Below are positions 23,762 through 36,114 of a stretch of 64,000 bases of DNA, piece by piece. Origin of the DNA: Tubiluchus corallicola. Lineage: Eukaryota > Animalia > Priapulida. A program made the translations under genes and the position numbers. The stretch is taken from the NCBI GenBank assembly GCA_030141605.1, contig JAQGDQ010002366.1:690660-754659 (forward strand), in the 5' to 3' direction. The first letter of the stretch is position 1. Each line of letters starts with the position of its first letter. The notes under the pieces are model-generated. The model was not told the DNA's origin. It did no database searches and was given only the letters and a program-made list of their open reading frames with translations.

Positions 23762-24771
23762 CACGGTGAATAAAATAATGTTAATGGCGTAAGAAATGCT
23801 GTACAAGATTACTTAGTTGGCGCTAACATGGAAATAGTGTGACCTGTACACCGATCGTCTTGCAGTTGATCTAAATATCCCGCATTAATGGGGTTTTGTG
23901 GAGATGGTAAACGAATTCGATTGCTACGGGGATGTTATAGGAATCTCACAAAATTCCTCGTCGTTTGCAAATGGAAAATGAACTTGGTTGTACTTACTAT
24001 TACGTACTAACTTCGATCTTAAATTCAATTAACACTAAACGAAGAGCTGGGTAAAGTTAAACTAGTCGAGATTGCGAAGCATTTAGTTACTCGCTTATTG
24101 AGTTCAACTGCCTGGGTTAGAACGGCATTTTTACCACTGTCATAAATCTGCTTTTTCAGGAGTATCTCTTTTAAAACATCAAAAAATTTTCTATTGTCAC
24201 GAGTCTGTTTTCTCGTAAAAATTTAGAATAGGATAACTCCATTGTGACGCCACAATATTAAAAACATATAAAAACTTTTATACACGAAGAACAAGTATGA
24301 AAATGACCAAAATCACGGTGAAGCCACCTTTTTATGGAGTTACTATGCAAGTAGGGTAGGGAAATCTGGGTGCTCCAATCCCCTTTCTTTTGATGGGGCC
24401 TTTTTGCTTACAAGGGTGCTCCACGAAACATCAAGATGTTACGGAATAGAGACAGATGTTAGTCACCCCTGCTATATCAAACCATTAATCGAGCTAGTTC
24501 AGTGAACTTTGTGTGTAGTTTATTGTGTATATAGCTGCACAAAAAATTATGATGCACAAATTAATGCAACAACGAAAAAACAATTTCAGTACTTACTTAT
24601 AAAGAGCTATAAGCAGCATGAATTTTCGACTCTTTATGTATGCATTTGCATCCTAGTTGCGTTTATTTTAGTGGACTATTGTTCTTATTACATAGTAAAA
24701 TTAGAGAGGGCTTTGTTTTCATAATTATTGTATATGCATCGCATTGTCATACGTTCTAAATAAAAGATTTA

Positions 24772-24852
<81 letters not shown>

Positions 24853-24882
24853 AAGTAGTAGTAATAATGATGATGATGATGA

Positions 24883-24939
<57 letters not shown>

Positions 24940-24940
24940 A
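24772..24940. repeat. Compound (TAG)n-(GAT)n microsatellite
   Basis: Direct observation. Preceded by AATAAA (24759), so possibly a retroelement tail. Source of the poly-His/Ser/Ile/Tyr ORFs. Confidence 0.97.
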
Positions 24941-25509
24941 GCACACAGCAAAGCTAATAAAATTCTTTTGTGCTTGATCGAGCCACCGATGTTCGCATTA
25001 ACGTAGTTATTTGTTTCTCGTGATATTTATATCAGCCAAGGTTCCTATAAAGAGAAGAAAGTGCAAAAATAAATGCTCTAACAGCACGAACGTGCTATTG
25101 CTGACGTTCTCTAAGCCTCTAACGCGGTAAAGTGGATATTTATAAACATTCACGTTTGTTTAACTGGATCCTATCAAACTTAATAAATTCTCAAGATTTC
25201 AACATCTAAAATATCGAGATGTTTCACAGCTAAAGAACGCTTGGTGTGATAAGTATCCGAGTGAACGACAATTTCCATAATTGGCCCTGGCTTAGCTTGT
25301 TTTATTTTTACGCGTAAAAGTCAGTTATAACTGAAACTTATCAAATTTTCAACAAAGTATAATGATGCAATAGATAATACTCATAAAAAGGTAGAGGTTT
25401 CAAAAAGTTTTTGTGTTTAAATGACATCCTAGAATTCTAGGTGTTTAACTTTATGTAACGGATGAAGGGATCAAAGGTTTCCCGAAATATCAGTTAATAT
25501 CGTTAACTA

Positions 25510-26735
25510 TACTAGTAAACCTTTTTTTGATTAAGTATCTCTTTATTTTCATAATTGTTTAATTAGTATAAAATTAAGTTACTTGTCATAATATATAGCT
25601 AATTTAGAAGTAAATTTGCGTGCAAATTCTGGTTTCAATTTTATTTCGTTGCGACATTTGCTCCGGCAGGGAGCAGTACTGTCACTTATATTGTTTACCA
25701 TATATCTAGAGGAACTGTTAATAAGACTGCGTAATTGTGGAGTTGGTTGTTATAGAGGAAATATATTTGCAGGTGCGTTGGGCTAGATGATTTCATTGTA
25801 CTGGCTCAATCATTAAAAAGCTTATAAAAGTTGTAGTAGATTATGTGAAAACTATGGTCGTGAATATAGCCTAAATTTTTTAAACACGCAAGGCAGAAAA
25901 ATCAAAAGCATGTGCAGGTAAATTGTCATATCCATCTACATATCCTACTGTGTATTTAAGCGGATAGCCTCTAACCTGGGCAAAGCAGATATTTCACATA
26001 GAGCTAATTATTAGTGAAAATCTATTTTGTGAAGACAACGTAAGGTCAAAGAAACAGCAAGTTCATTGGTCAAGTTAAACAGACTTATAGCCGATTTTCA
26101 CGATCTCAATAGAATTATGAAAATGGGATTGTTGCTCATTTTACGCTCATCACTACGGTAATTAACAGCACCTGCACTGTATACTTTAGACACTGCCTGG
26201 ACTATTGCTATAGGAAAGCTACCTGGGCTGGCAGATACAACACACACTTGATTATTGCCAGCAATTAATACCCTAAACCCATCAAAAAGGCATATCATTA
26301 ACAGGTTTATGAAATTTTCTGCTAAACTTCGTAGTAATAGCAACCAGTTAGTATCGTGCATTGTAAATAACTCGAAAATTTCCGTTTGCAACTGTTATTG
26401 GAAGTTTTCTAAATTATGAGTGTAATATTAAGGAAGAAGACTTAATTAACAACTGTGTAAAGGCTAAATTACTTGTTTATAAAAAGTTTATTGAAAATCG
26501 TTTAAGTGAACAAGACATAGCAATCGTGCATATATCATATTGGACATTTTGGATTGCTTAGACAAATTATGCTATATTCTTTTGTCTAATTACAAGCTAA
26601 CAGAAATTTTAAATTATTTATGTACGCTGTAAATATTGTAATCACTAACCAATTAACCATTCTTGCTTATTTGTTAACTATTACGTAAATGATGTATGTA
26701 TTACTGTACAGTAATATTATACGAATAAAATGGTG
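25510..26735 (+). mobile_element. Decayed RTEX-type LINE 3' portion
   Basis: LRQGAVLSLILFTIYLEELLIRLRNCGVGCYRGNIFAGALG..DD resembles RTEX RT. It ends in AATAAA (26724) and an (AAT)n tail. Confidence 0.8.
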
Positions 26736-26929
<194 letters not shown>

Positions 26930-27546
26930 TAGTAATTAATTTTTCTTCCTTTGTATGGACTTGGATTGGTTACACCGAACGTAACATTTCGTATTTTTTC
27001 TAATTGCTCTCCCCCAAAATGAAAAATAGTCTTGTTTGTCCTTCGAGTGAGTGACAATTCAAATTTTAATATAATTTGTGGAGAATCAAAATTAATCAAC
27101 ACCGCGATTAATCAGTACACGGATGGGTGACTTCAGGATCAATACTCGCTTTGAGAAGTTTGTGTCGCCATTCTGATTCTGGCTATTAACATAGTTGAGG
27201 AAGAACGTGCTGTATTCATATCCACAACCTGGCCGATTTTTTCAGCTTTGCAAAATTAGTGGAAAATGGCGGTTTAAGTGTGACTCATTACATTACTGGT
27301 TCGTCATATTTTTTGTTATTCGCGTTCAATTATTATATAACCTACTCGTATTACAGCGCGCTTGCTGAAAAACTGGTCAGTAGCTATTTTCAAATATTTT
27401 TTCGGTTTGTGAAAACGTTTTCTGTAGATTGTATCTTTCGTTGACTAAACAGAGTCTCTAACGTTGCACTCTTAAGTGTGGAATACCACCATTTGTGTAA
27501 CTGAACTTGGGGAACACTGTCATCAGTGTGTATACTAGATTGCTAT

Positions 27547-28226
27547 TAAGTAGTGTTGGCAATATGTAAAGCCATTTTTAGTTATTGTTTGTACAGTTGA
27601 ACACATTACTAAAACTAAAAACCAAATGGAAATCTTGCTGGCATGTTGAGGAATTCCTTTAATAGTTTTTTACTTTTGGATCCGCCTCAAGTAGCAGACA
27701 CCAGAAAGATAATTATCGCTTGGTACTTAACTACGCCCTGAAATCTAGACCCATCAAAGAAACGGGTCTTCTCATTCGCAGAGAGTCGCCCGCCATAATA
27801 ACGATGGAGCAAACGGAACAAAATCTTAGGAAAGAATATGAAATTACAGTTTGAAGAGCGTTTCCAAGATTCGTCTGAAGTTCATTAAGTGAAGAATTGA
27901 GGCCTGGTTATTTTATTACTGTAACTATTCGAATTATACTGCGGTTGTAGTACAGTCGAATTGTTCAACTGGCCAACATTTTAGTGTAAATCCATTTATA
28001 TTTCTTAAACCTCAATCAGTTGCCATGTAGTAAACATTTCTAAAATAAATCCAGTTATGTTTTTAAACCACACACAATTCAATGTACATAACATTACATA
28101 AGTAGTGCTGGCAATATGTAAAGCCATTTTTAGTTATTGTTTGTACAGTTGAACACAATACTAAAACTAAAAACCATATGGAAATTTTGCTGGCATGTTG
28201 AGGAATTGCTTTAATAGTTTTTTACT
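27547..28226 (+). repeat. 128-bp direct repeat pair (27547-27674 and 28099-28226), probably hAT-like MITE ends
   Basis: 5 mismatches in 128 bp by manual alignment. Both copies contain TAGTGYTGGCAATA at their start. Confidence 0.9.
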
Positions 28227-28231
28227 ATTAA

Positions 28232-28560
28232 ATATATATATATATATAAACTTTATTTATTTTAAGTGGATTAACATACAGTAATCGGAGTATTTCCACT
28301 ATGTGCAACAAATGCATTTTAGTTGAGGACAGATAATATACAACTGGCTACTTCAAGAATATAATTACATAGATAGTTAGTTCAAAAATATGGGTAATTC
28401 ATTAGTTAATACTTAAAATTGAAATCGACAAAGCCCACAGAGTGCAGAAGCGGTACCAGAAACAATTATTAATGTACAAATTGTACATTATCTTACTAGT
28501 TATACAAAAGTGTGACAGTGATCGATAACTGGTATTTATTTCAAGCGTCCAAAATTCAAA
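28232..28560 (-). mobile_element. LINE 3' UTR ending in AATAAA + (TA)n
   Basis: (AT)n at 28232-28248 next to TTTATT at 28252. Same architecture at 37530 and 59193. Confidence 0.55.
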
Positions 28561-30289
28561 ACAATTCAAGTTACAGTTCAATATACAATTAACGTCAAAC
28601 GAGATGTCATAGAGTCTCAGTCAAGCTCTGCTGACTGTCCAATCAGCGTGCATATTTTTCAAAGGCCCACAGAACCGGTTCATCTTTCGGGACATGAGCT
28701 GTAACTATCTATTGTCGGTATATGTTATGAAAAATGTTCAACTTTTCATTAGTTTGCGGGAGAGAAAACAGCTTGGTTTTAGATTTTATTACAGGTTGTT
28801 AATTGTCTGTATTGTCGATTGAAATTGCAGGTGAATTTATATAGTGGAAATATAGTCTAATTGCGAAGAAATGGGCAGCGCTTACGTCTATGAGTTGCTG
28901 ATTAAACCATTTTGCTATGAAGAAAATACGCAGTTTAGTTTAGTTTATGGCTTTGCAAGTTAGATAAAAATAACTGTTTCATTAACTTTAAATAAGGACA
29001 AATTAACCTAACGAGGTTAGGCTGGTTATATTACGCTGCATTAATATTCGCGAACACCCGTTGAGAATAAATTTATAACTTTAGATCATTGAAGCTCGAA
29101 TGGGCAAGTATAAATGATTAAAAGGTACGTACATGTAAAAGTTCCAGCCTGCGCACTTCTAAATAGGTTTGCGCAGCTTTGTAGAAAATAAGCTAGACGG
29201 CCTAGGTCGGCAATAGTTGAGACCTAGCCGCAGAGCTGAACTCCAGGGGAATCAGTAACAATTGTCATGATTATGAGTAAGCCAGCACATTCGTAGGAAC
29301 CCCCCATTTAGGTTATTTAGGTAAAACGTTTTCAGAATTCTTTAGGCAAAATATTTTCTTTTCTGTCTAGTTTTTATAAACTTCAGTGAGATCTTCACAA
29401 TCAAAATTAATTCAAATGTGATCCAAACTTATATTATACATCAATGTAATATTAGTTAATTTTACGCTATTTTTCTGGTTCTAATAATGGTTAAAACATG
29501 CCATTGGGACTTATGTAACTCGGGCATTCAATATAAGAGTCGTCTATGAATTTGACAATCAAATTTCCGTTGCCTAACAAACGGAAAAATACAAAAACTG
29601 AATAAATCTTGCAGACGCGCACATGATCACTTTAATATAGAAAAAATACATCGCTGGCATGATGTTCGTATGTTCAAAGGCAAGAGAGACTTAAAATTTT
29701 TATTGCTCATTTATTTTAAAGCAAGGGTAACTGGCTTAGTTTCTTTATTATACTTATGTCACTGTATTTTGTAGTCCTTTGAAACCTCGTCTCTATATCC
29801 TGTTTCAATTGAAAAGTTATTTTTTGGTTACTTGCGTTAATTTCGTGTAAAAAAGTTGCTGTTCTTCAAATTTGTGTTTATGAAAAATTGCAATCAGTTT
29901 ATCTGTGACTGTGACTGTCATTAATTACATTAATTGTGACTGTAATGTTGTTTAGTTCAGTTTAATTTAGTCTGTATAGTTGTTGTCCAGCGTGATCTGT
30001 TGTCCCGAATACCGCTGAACGTGCTTACGTCACAGCGGAGGCGGAGCGACAGATAAATATGTTAGACGTCACGTCCACGTACAATTAGCAAAACGTTTAG
30101 CAAACTTTATGTAGTTCTGCAACAATTTGAAGAGAATGCCAATGGATGGATGGTGTGAGTTTATAAAAAATGTCGTTGCAAATAATAGTAGGTTTAGGAT
30201 TGGCATGTAATTCTTGAGTTACGTGCCGGTGGTAATAGAGCTGGTCCAATAATAGTGTTCTGTGTATGTCACAGTTTGAACACTCAAAA

Positions 30290-31400
30290 AAAAACAATTG
30301 CTGTGGAATTGTTGCAGCTACATGAAGGGACATCAATAATATTCCTAGAAGACAAATCAGCTTTTAAATGTGAAAAATTGGGGATGAATCTATTTGTTGA
30401 AATCTCATTACTTCGATCATCATTATAATTGGGGTATACTGATTTAGTATGAACTCCACATAAGCCGAACAATCTACTTTTAATGGCAAATGGAGAAATG
30501 AAAGTCTCGTAGGTCACGTAGAGCATAGTGGTTGTTGGCACGAAATTCATTTAATATTTCAGTCAAATACTGAGGAGCCTGATTGTAATATATTTTTGGA
30601 TTATTCCAATGGTTTGAAGTTTGAATGGTGGCAAATCATGAAAAGAGTTAAGATTTTGTAGCCTCGATCCCCTCATCGCTCCAGGCATTAACAACATAGT
30701 TCGATATTGCACTCTTTCAATTCTACGGAAATTTGTCGTCGGGCATTTTGACCAAATTACAATACCATACGTTGTATAACAGGTCTAACAAATGCCTTAT
30801 ATAAAGTAACCAAGTTAAAGGTATATAGTTTATATTTTAGTGGGTAAAAATATAAACATTTTATTAGCTTTATTTTCTACATAATTTACATGATGGTTCC
30901 AAGTAAGTTTCGAGTTAAAAATAATGCTTTATATCAGCATTACCAAAATATATACCTCTAAGATTTGATGTGACTAATTTGCGTAAGCAAAAAACTACTG
31001 TAATTTTATGAACATTCATTGTCATTCCCCACCTGGAACAATTTGAATTTTTGTAAGGTCACGATTAAAACTATCAACTGCAACGTTAATATTCTTGGTG
31101 AGATAAAGCAAGCTAGAATCATCTACAAACAGGTGAACAGTATTTTCCAAGTTTGCAGATATATCATTAATGAACACCAGAAACAACAATGGACCAAGAA
31201 TTGATCCTTCGGGGCCACATCACATTACATTAATGTCATTGTAAGACATCACTTGGATATTAATGCCTCTTATAGTAAATAATACTACGAACCCCATTAG
31301 ACCATTAATTTAATTGCATAACGTTGTTATTCTAAATTTAAATCCATGTTTTTATCAATCAAGCAAACGTTACATTATTAGTAATAATACTAATTAATGC
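30290..31400 (-). mobile_element. Decayed CR1-type LINE RT region
   Basis: Minus strand reads PEGSILGPLLFLVFINDISANLENTVHLFVDDSSL (~31105-31212), followed by LTWNHHV and LYKAFVRP-like fragments. Many stops and frameshifts. Confidence 0.85.
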
Positions 31401-31639
31401 TTCAGAGACCTCGGCATAAATAAAGAACATATGTTATCCCAGGATGATTTATTTTATTTTAAAAGCTTTATACGAATAAAATCTAAATCTAAATGCTCCA
31501 TGAATACATTGAAGAAAGATTACACAATCTTTGTTGATCTATACTTATTTGTTAGGCAAATGAAACAAACTTGAAAAGGACTTAAGTTGTTTACTATTAA
31601 CAGCGAAGCAACAAAAATTTAGCAAGTCACGTACGTTAT

Positions 31640-31714
31640 CTAACATGCTTAGAAGCGAACCCGCAAACTTCTTATCAAATGGCGAATATGTTGCGACTCT
31701 CACTAACGCGCCAC
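31640..31714 (-). mobile_element. tRNA-derived SINE head
   Basis: Minus strand has GTGGCGCGTTAGTG (A-box-like) and GGGTTCGCTTC (B-box-like). Confidence 0.45.
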
Positions 31715-32647
31715 ATTTGACTTAAATATTACAGTCCACATTGCTCTGTAGATTAGCTGTTAGGAATTTGACATATTTTTCTGTTTATTTTTTAAACTCG
31801 CAAAAACAGAATCTCATGTATCATGTTGTTTCCATAAACCAGTCTAGTTTATGTAACGCCCAAAAGACCTTCTAATAATTTTATAAGATCTTTTAAAAGT
31901 CAAATTCATTAAGCCAAAACTCGTCGATGATTTTTCATTTTTGTTATAACAAGAAAATGATTGTACAGTTGAGAAATAGCTTAGGTTACTTTCGAAAAAT
32001 AGTTAGTTAATTAACCTTTACTAAAATAGAATGAAATTCACTCAAAATGAACGCTCTGGTATTTAACTTTGTTGTCAAACATGTTGCGCCTGTTTAGTTT
32101 TGACGTGACTCATACTCAAACATCTATTGCTAATATAAACTCACACGTCTTTTTAATAAGTCACTTTCTCAATATTACCAAGAAACATACGAGATTTATT
32201 ACGAGAATGCCTTCCTAGCGAAGTGAATCAGCAGCGTAAACTTGTTTAGATTGCTTTTTTGTTAAAAAACTCATTTATTTTCGTCCGTATTTTAGAACCA
32301 AAATTAGCTACCAGCTTCGGCGGAAAAGTCGCAATGGAAAGTGCGTGACAGTCCACGTTTTTACACAAAAGTTTTTATTATGTTCAGAAATGCATAACTT
32401 GTAATCATTAACAGCTCCATCAATTTCAAATAATCCCAAAACCTGGGCAGAAATTTGCAAAAACAACGCAATTAACAGAAGTACACATCTTTCCCACCAA
32501 CTAAACAAAAATTCGAAAAGAAAGAATCACACTGGCTTCCTATTTACTGTAGTTCTTAATCAATTCTTGATATCATTGTTTTTTTTTTATTTGACTGGAG
32601 TTTATTATTCATAATCTTAATATAATTATTGTTCCTAATGACGAAAC

Positions 32648-33072
32648 AAACTCACAGTTAATTGATAATTGAATCCAAATTTGAAAAACAGGAAATATAG
32701 AAAAGCTGGAACAGAGACCGGACTTGTATAGGGACCTCCTGCTCACAAAGTAGGCTTCAGTACATGGAATGCTGTACTTTTCCAAGTGCCAGTGTTCCCA
32801 AGTTGATCCCATATTAGCTAATAACCAGTTTGGCATTTTCACTGTGGGATCGTTAGAATCGCTATAGCATGAGCGATATAGTGTGATCATAGGTAGTGCT
32901 GAACTAACTGGCTAGCTGTAAGGGTTGAATTTTGTACTGTCTAGAGTCTAGCGATTGTAAGGAGTCTGCTTTGTAACCAGAATGTCCCTGGTTCAAATCC
33001 AGGGTGTATTCTAGCTTTTTCACATTTTCTGTTTTTCAAGGTAGATATCAAAATTCACTTAATTGTGGGTTT
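32648..33072. mobile_element. ~425-bp imperfect palindromic element with a tRNA-like cassette in each arm
   Basis: 32648-32777 aligns inverted with ~32934-33072. The right arm has a T-arm CCTGG-TTCAAAT-CCAGG and a TTTTT run. Small central hairpin at 32858-32877. Confidence 0.75.
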
Positions 33073-33370
33073 ATACCATCACAGCGTGGAGTTTGGATGT
33101 GATTTTTGTACGCCATTGTACCTGTTTGTTTTAGCGTAGTTACGAATAACTGCATGTGCAATGTCACATGACGACTTACCAAAGCCTGGACGAACTTTGC
33201 TAGAGTGTGTGCAAGGGATGACAGGCCCTGGGTTCAGGGTACCGTGTTTGAGGTAGCTGATGTCCAGTTCTCAGATTACGCATGATAGGATTATAATATG
33301 GCGCAGCTTTGAGTGTTATCAATGTAACAACCGGATTTTGGTGGAGAGAAAACAATCCCTCGAAGAAATA

Positions 33371-33430
33371 AGGCTTTTCACAGTTTCAGCGATTGACGAT
33401 GATTGTGAAAAGGTCTGAGGTTAAGTGACC
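33371..33430 (+). mobile_element. Terminal fragment of the same MITE family as 7264-7686
   Basis: AGGCTTTTCACAGTTTCAGCGATTGACGATGATTGTGAAAAGGTCTGAGGTTAAGTGACC aligns with the reverse complement of 7625-7687. Confidence 0.8.
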
Positions 33431-33914
33431 CAGACAACGCATTAATAATAGCTATGAATTGTTTGTGTACTCACAATATTGTGTTAAGAAAACTTCAATA
33501 TCTTCTGGGGTTATATAGGCCTTTAAATACTGATCAATCGCATATTTTTGTCATCTAAGTGCCCACTCTGTCTTTTCAGGTAGTTCCAGCGTGTTTGGCA
33601 AAATTCATCTCCGTTGCATTAGCAGGAAATTCTGTTCAATAAAAAAAAAATTAATCCTAGAGTTTTCAATCAGTGCTTTTTTCATTCCCCCCAGACTGCA
33701 AATTTGTGCGAGATGCGGGGGCTTATTCTCCAAATTCTGAAGGCATGTTAAATTAGCTTGGTGTAATAAATTGTTCTTTACTATTACTCGTTGTTTTTGT
33801 CCTCCCTACCAAAAGATTATGTACCACACTGTATTATTCTCAATTGCATGAAAAGTGAAATAAAATAATTAAATCTAAGAAACTAATAATGTTTTCTTAG
33901 CAAACTGTCTATGA

Positions 33915-34140
33915 TCTGTTTTGCATTCATTCACTCATTCATGCAATCACTCATTCTTACGTTTGTCTGTTTATTCGTTCATTTTTTCTTTATTCGTTTG
34001 TTCATCCACTCACTCACTCATTGATATATTTCTTCATTTTTATTCATGTGTTTATTTATTTATTTACTTATTCATTCATTTGTTCATTTGTTCGTTCGTT
34101 CGGTCGGTCGGTCGGTCAGTCGGTCAGTTGGTCGTTAGTG
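33915..34140. repeat. Degenerate tetranucleotide tract (TTCA/TTTG/GGTC)n
   Basis: 4-bp periodicity. Confidence 0.85.
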
Positions 34141-34894
34141 CATTTATCCATGATTCACTGGCTTTTAATGGTTTACGAGGCGACTGGTTTATATTGAAAA
34201 CGGAATTCGATCGAAGATTCTGGGCTTCAGAAATACAATCAGTTGTACTGCTTTGTTAATTATCTTAACATCAGTAATGATTGACTGCGTAGCCACCCAG
34301 ATGCGCAGTCTGATCGAACCATTTATACCTGACTCATCTCTATATCTAGATTGCTTGTTTTGGCACTGTGTTTACCTGTATCTATGGGTTTCCGCTGATA
34401 AACTACATATTTACTATGACAAACGTTTGCTGGTACCTAGTACGTCTATTAGCATTCCCGATCAATGTGAATCCCTTCAAGCTCACTACTTCTCCATGGA
34501 ATTTGAAAACACTAACTAAATAAAATCGTGCGTTGACACATTATTTTGTAGCAAGCCCAAGTAACCAATAGGATTAGAGACATTTCCATTTGTATAACGC
34601 TCATTAGCCCTAGTTTACACTTTTTCACCATTAACTGTCAAATAGAAACCCTTGTGTACGTCCGCCTTTAAACTGGCTTCAGTGGTTCAGCTTCCGTTGA
34701 GCAAAATATGCATGGAATGTATACGGGTAATTGTTGCGTAATTTATCACATGACACAAAGTTATGTAGGCCCTAATAAAACTTCTACTTGTTGTTGACCG
34801 TTAAAAGTCAATCTTAAATTCTATTTGACACGGGAATGTGGCTTCCAGTGAGCAACGTTCGGCATTTTTACATTAGCTAGCAAACGTATGCGAA

Positions 34895-35450
34895 CATGGT
34901 AGAGATGACGGTGGTGGCATGCTATAGCGACAATTACTGCAGCAGAGCAGTGGATTGTCGGCAGTGATCACAGTGGTAAGGATGATGATGGAAGCAACGG
35001 TAATGCTGTTGAAAATGATGATGTTAGCACCAGACAGTAGTAATTGCTGCATTGTTAATGATGATGATAGCCATAACAAACAATGGCGACCATGTTGATG
35101 ATAGTGCTAATGATAATTGTAAATTGACTGTATATGATAATAGTATAGCGGATGGTGACTGTTAATGATGATATTGGCGACAACGATATTGGCGATAATT
35201 GTGCATGTATGTAATAAAAATTGAGTGGCGTTTGAAGTGGCTATGCTGGATGAAGTGGTGACGGTGGTGGTAGCAGTAGCAGTTGCAGCATTGCGATGCA
35301 ATTTGTAGTGCTTGCTGGCTTCATGCACTGATGGTAACAGTTGTAATCCTGTTGGTAGTGAGATAGCTGACCTCCATGCCACCTTTGAAGTAGCTCGTGA
35401 CAGTAATGACAGTTACGACCTGTAACAGTCCTGGTAATGATACTACTGCA
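34895..35450. repeat. Degenerate (GAT/GGT/GCA)n trinucleotide tract
   Basis: 3-bp periodicity. Explains the ORFs at 34873-35560. Confidence 0.75.
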
Positions 35451-35983
35451 AATAAGCATCTAGGATATAATTTATCAAGATTAATCTTCCAACATGAGAC
35501 CGCATACATTTTCCATAAAGGCTGATCGCAGCGTCCAGTTTTAATTCTAGAAGGAGTCAAAAACTGTTCCTTTTAATAAATACTTCGAAGAAAAAACTAG
35601 CACAACAGATTAAGCCAACTAAGTCCAATAGCAAACAATGGAATCAGTCACTTTCACACTGGAAAAGTAAAAAAAAATAGAGCGCGATCAATACAAGATC
35701 ATAATCATAACAAAAACGTTATGATGGTAAATAACCACACATAGAAGCAGCTCAATGAAAAATGCTAAAAACTACATCACTCAAAAAAGGGACTGTAGTT
35801 AGAAAGCACGAATTTGCAATCTACTAAATGGGTTAAAGTAAAGATATTACTGTCAAAAAACACGAGGTTGCGGGTAAACAGCTGAATGCTCGTGGCTATG
35901 GTGGTTAAGCAGTGCAGAATCTCGTTGGTAAATGGTTGCGTGCCAGTAGGACATTTTTTGTCATTGAGCAATACTTCTGCCGT

Positions 35984-36114
35984 TTCATCCAAATAGTTCA
36001 CTTAGGTAGTCTCCCCCGCATTGCAGTAAAAGGCGTTTTCGCAATATTTACATAAAATAAATTATTTGCTTTGTGGGGAGAAAGGAATTACCTGAATTGA
36101 ACTATTTGGATGAA
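35984..36114. mobile_element. Small MITE/hairpin, 131 bp
   Basis: Perfect 17-bp inverted ends TTCATCCAAATAGTTCA / TGAACTATTTGGATGAA, extending imperfectly through AGGTA/TACCT and TCTCCCC/GGGGAGA. Confidence 0.85.

Noticed and set aside
24725-24951. Poly-His/Thr/Ser/Tyr/Leu ORFs
   Set aside because: Translations of (TAG)n/(GAT)n microsatellites. The same applies to 26701-26939.
32941-33012. Functional tRNA gene
   Set aside because: The T-arm is intact but the acceptor and D stems do not pair. Treated as a tRNA-derived repeat, as are the other A/B-box segments.
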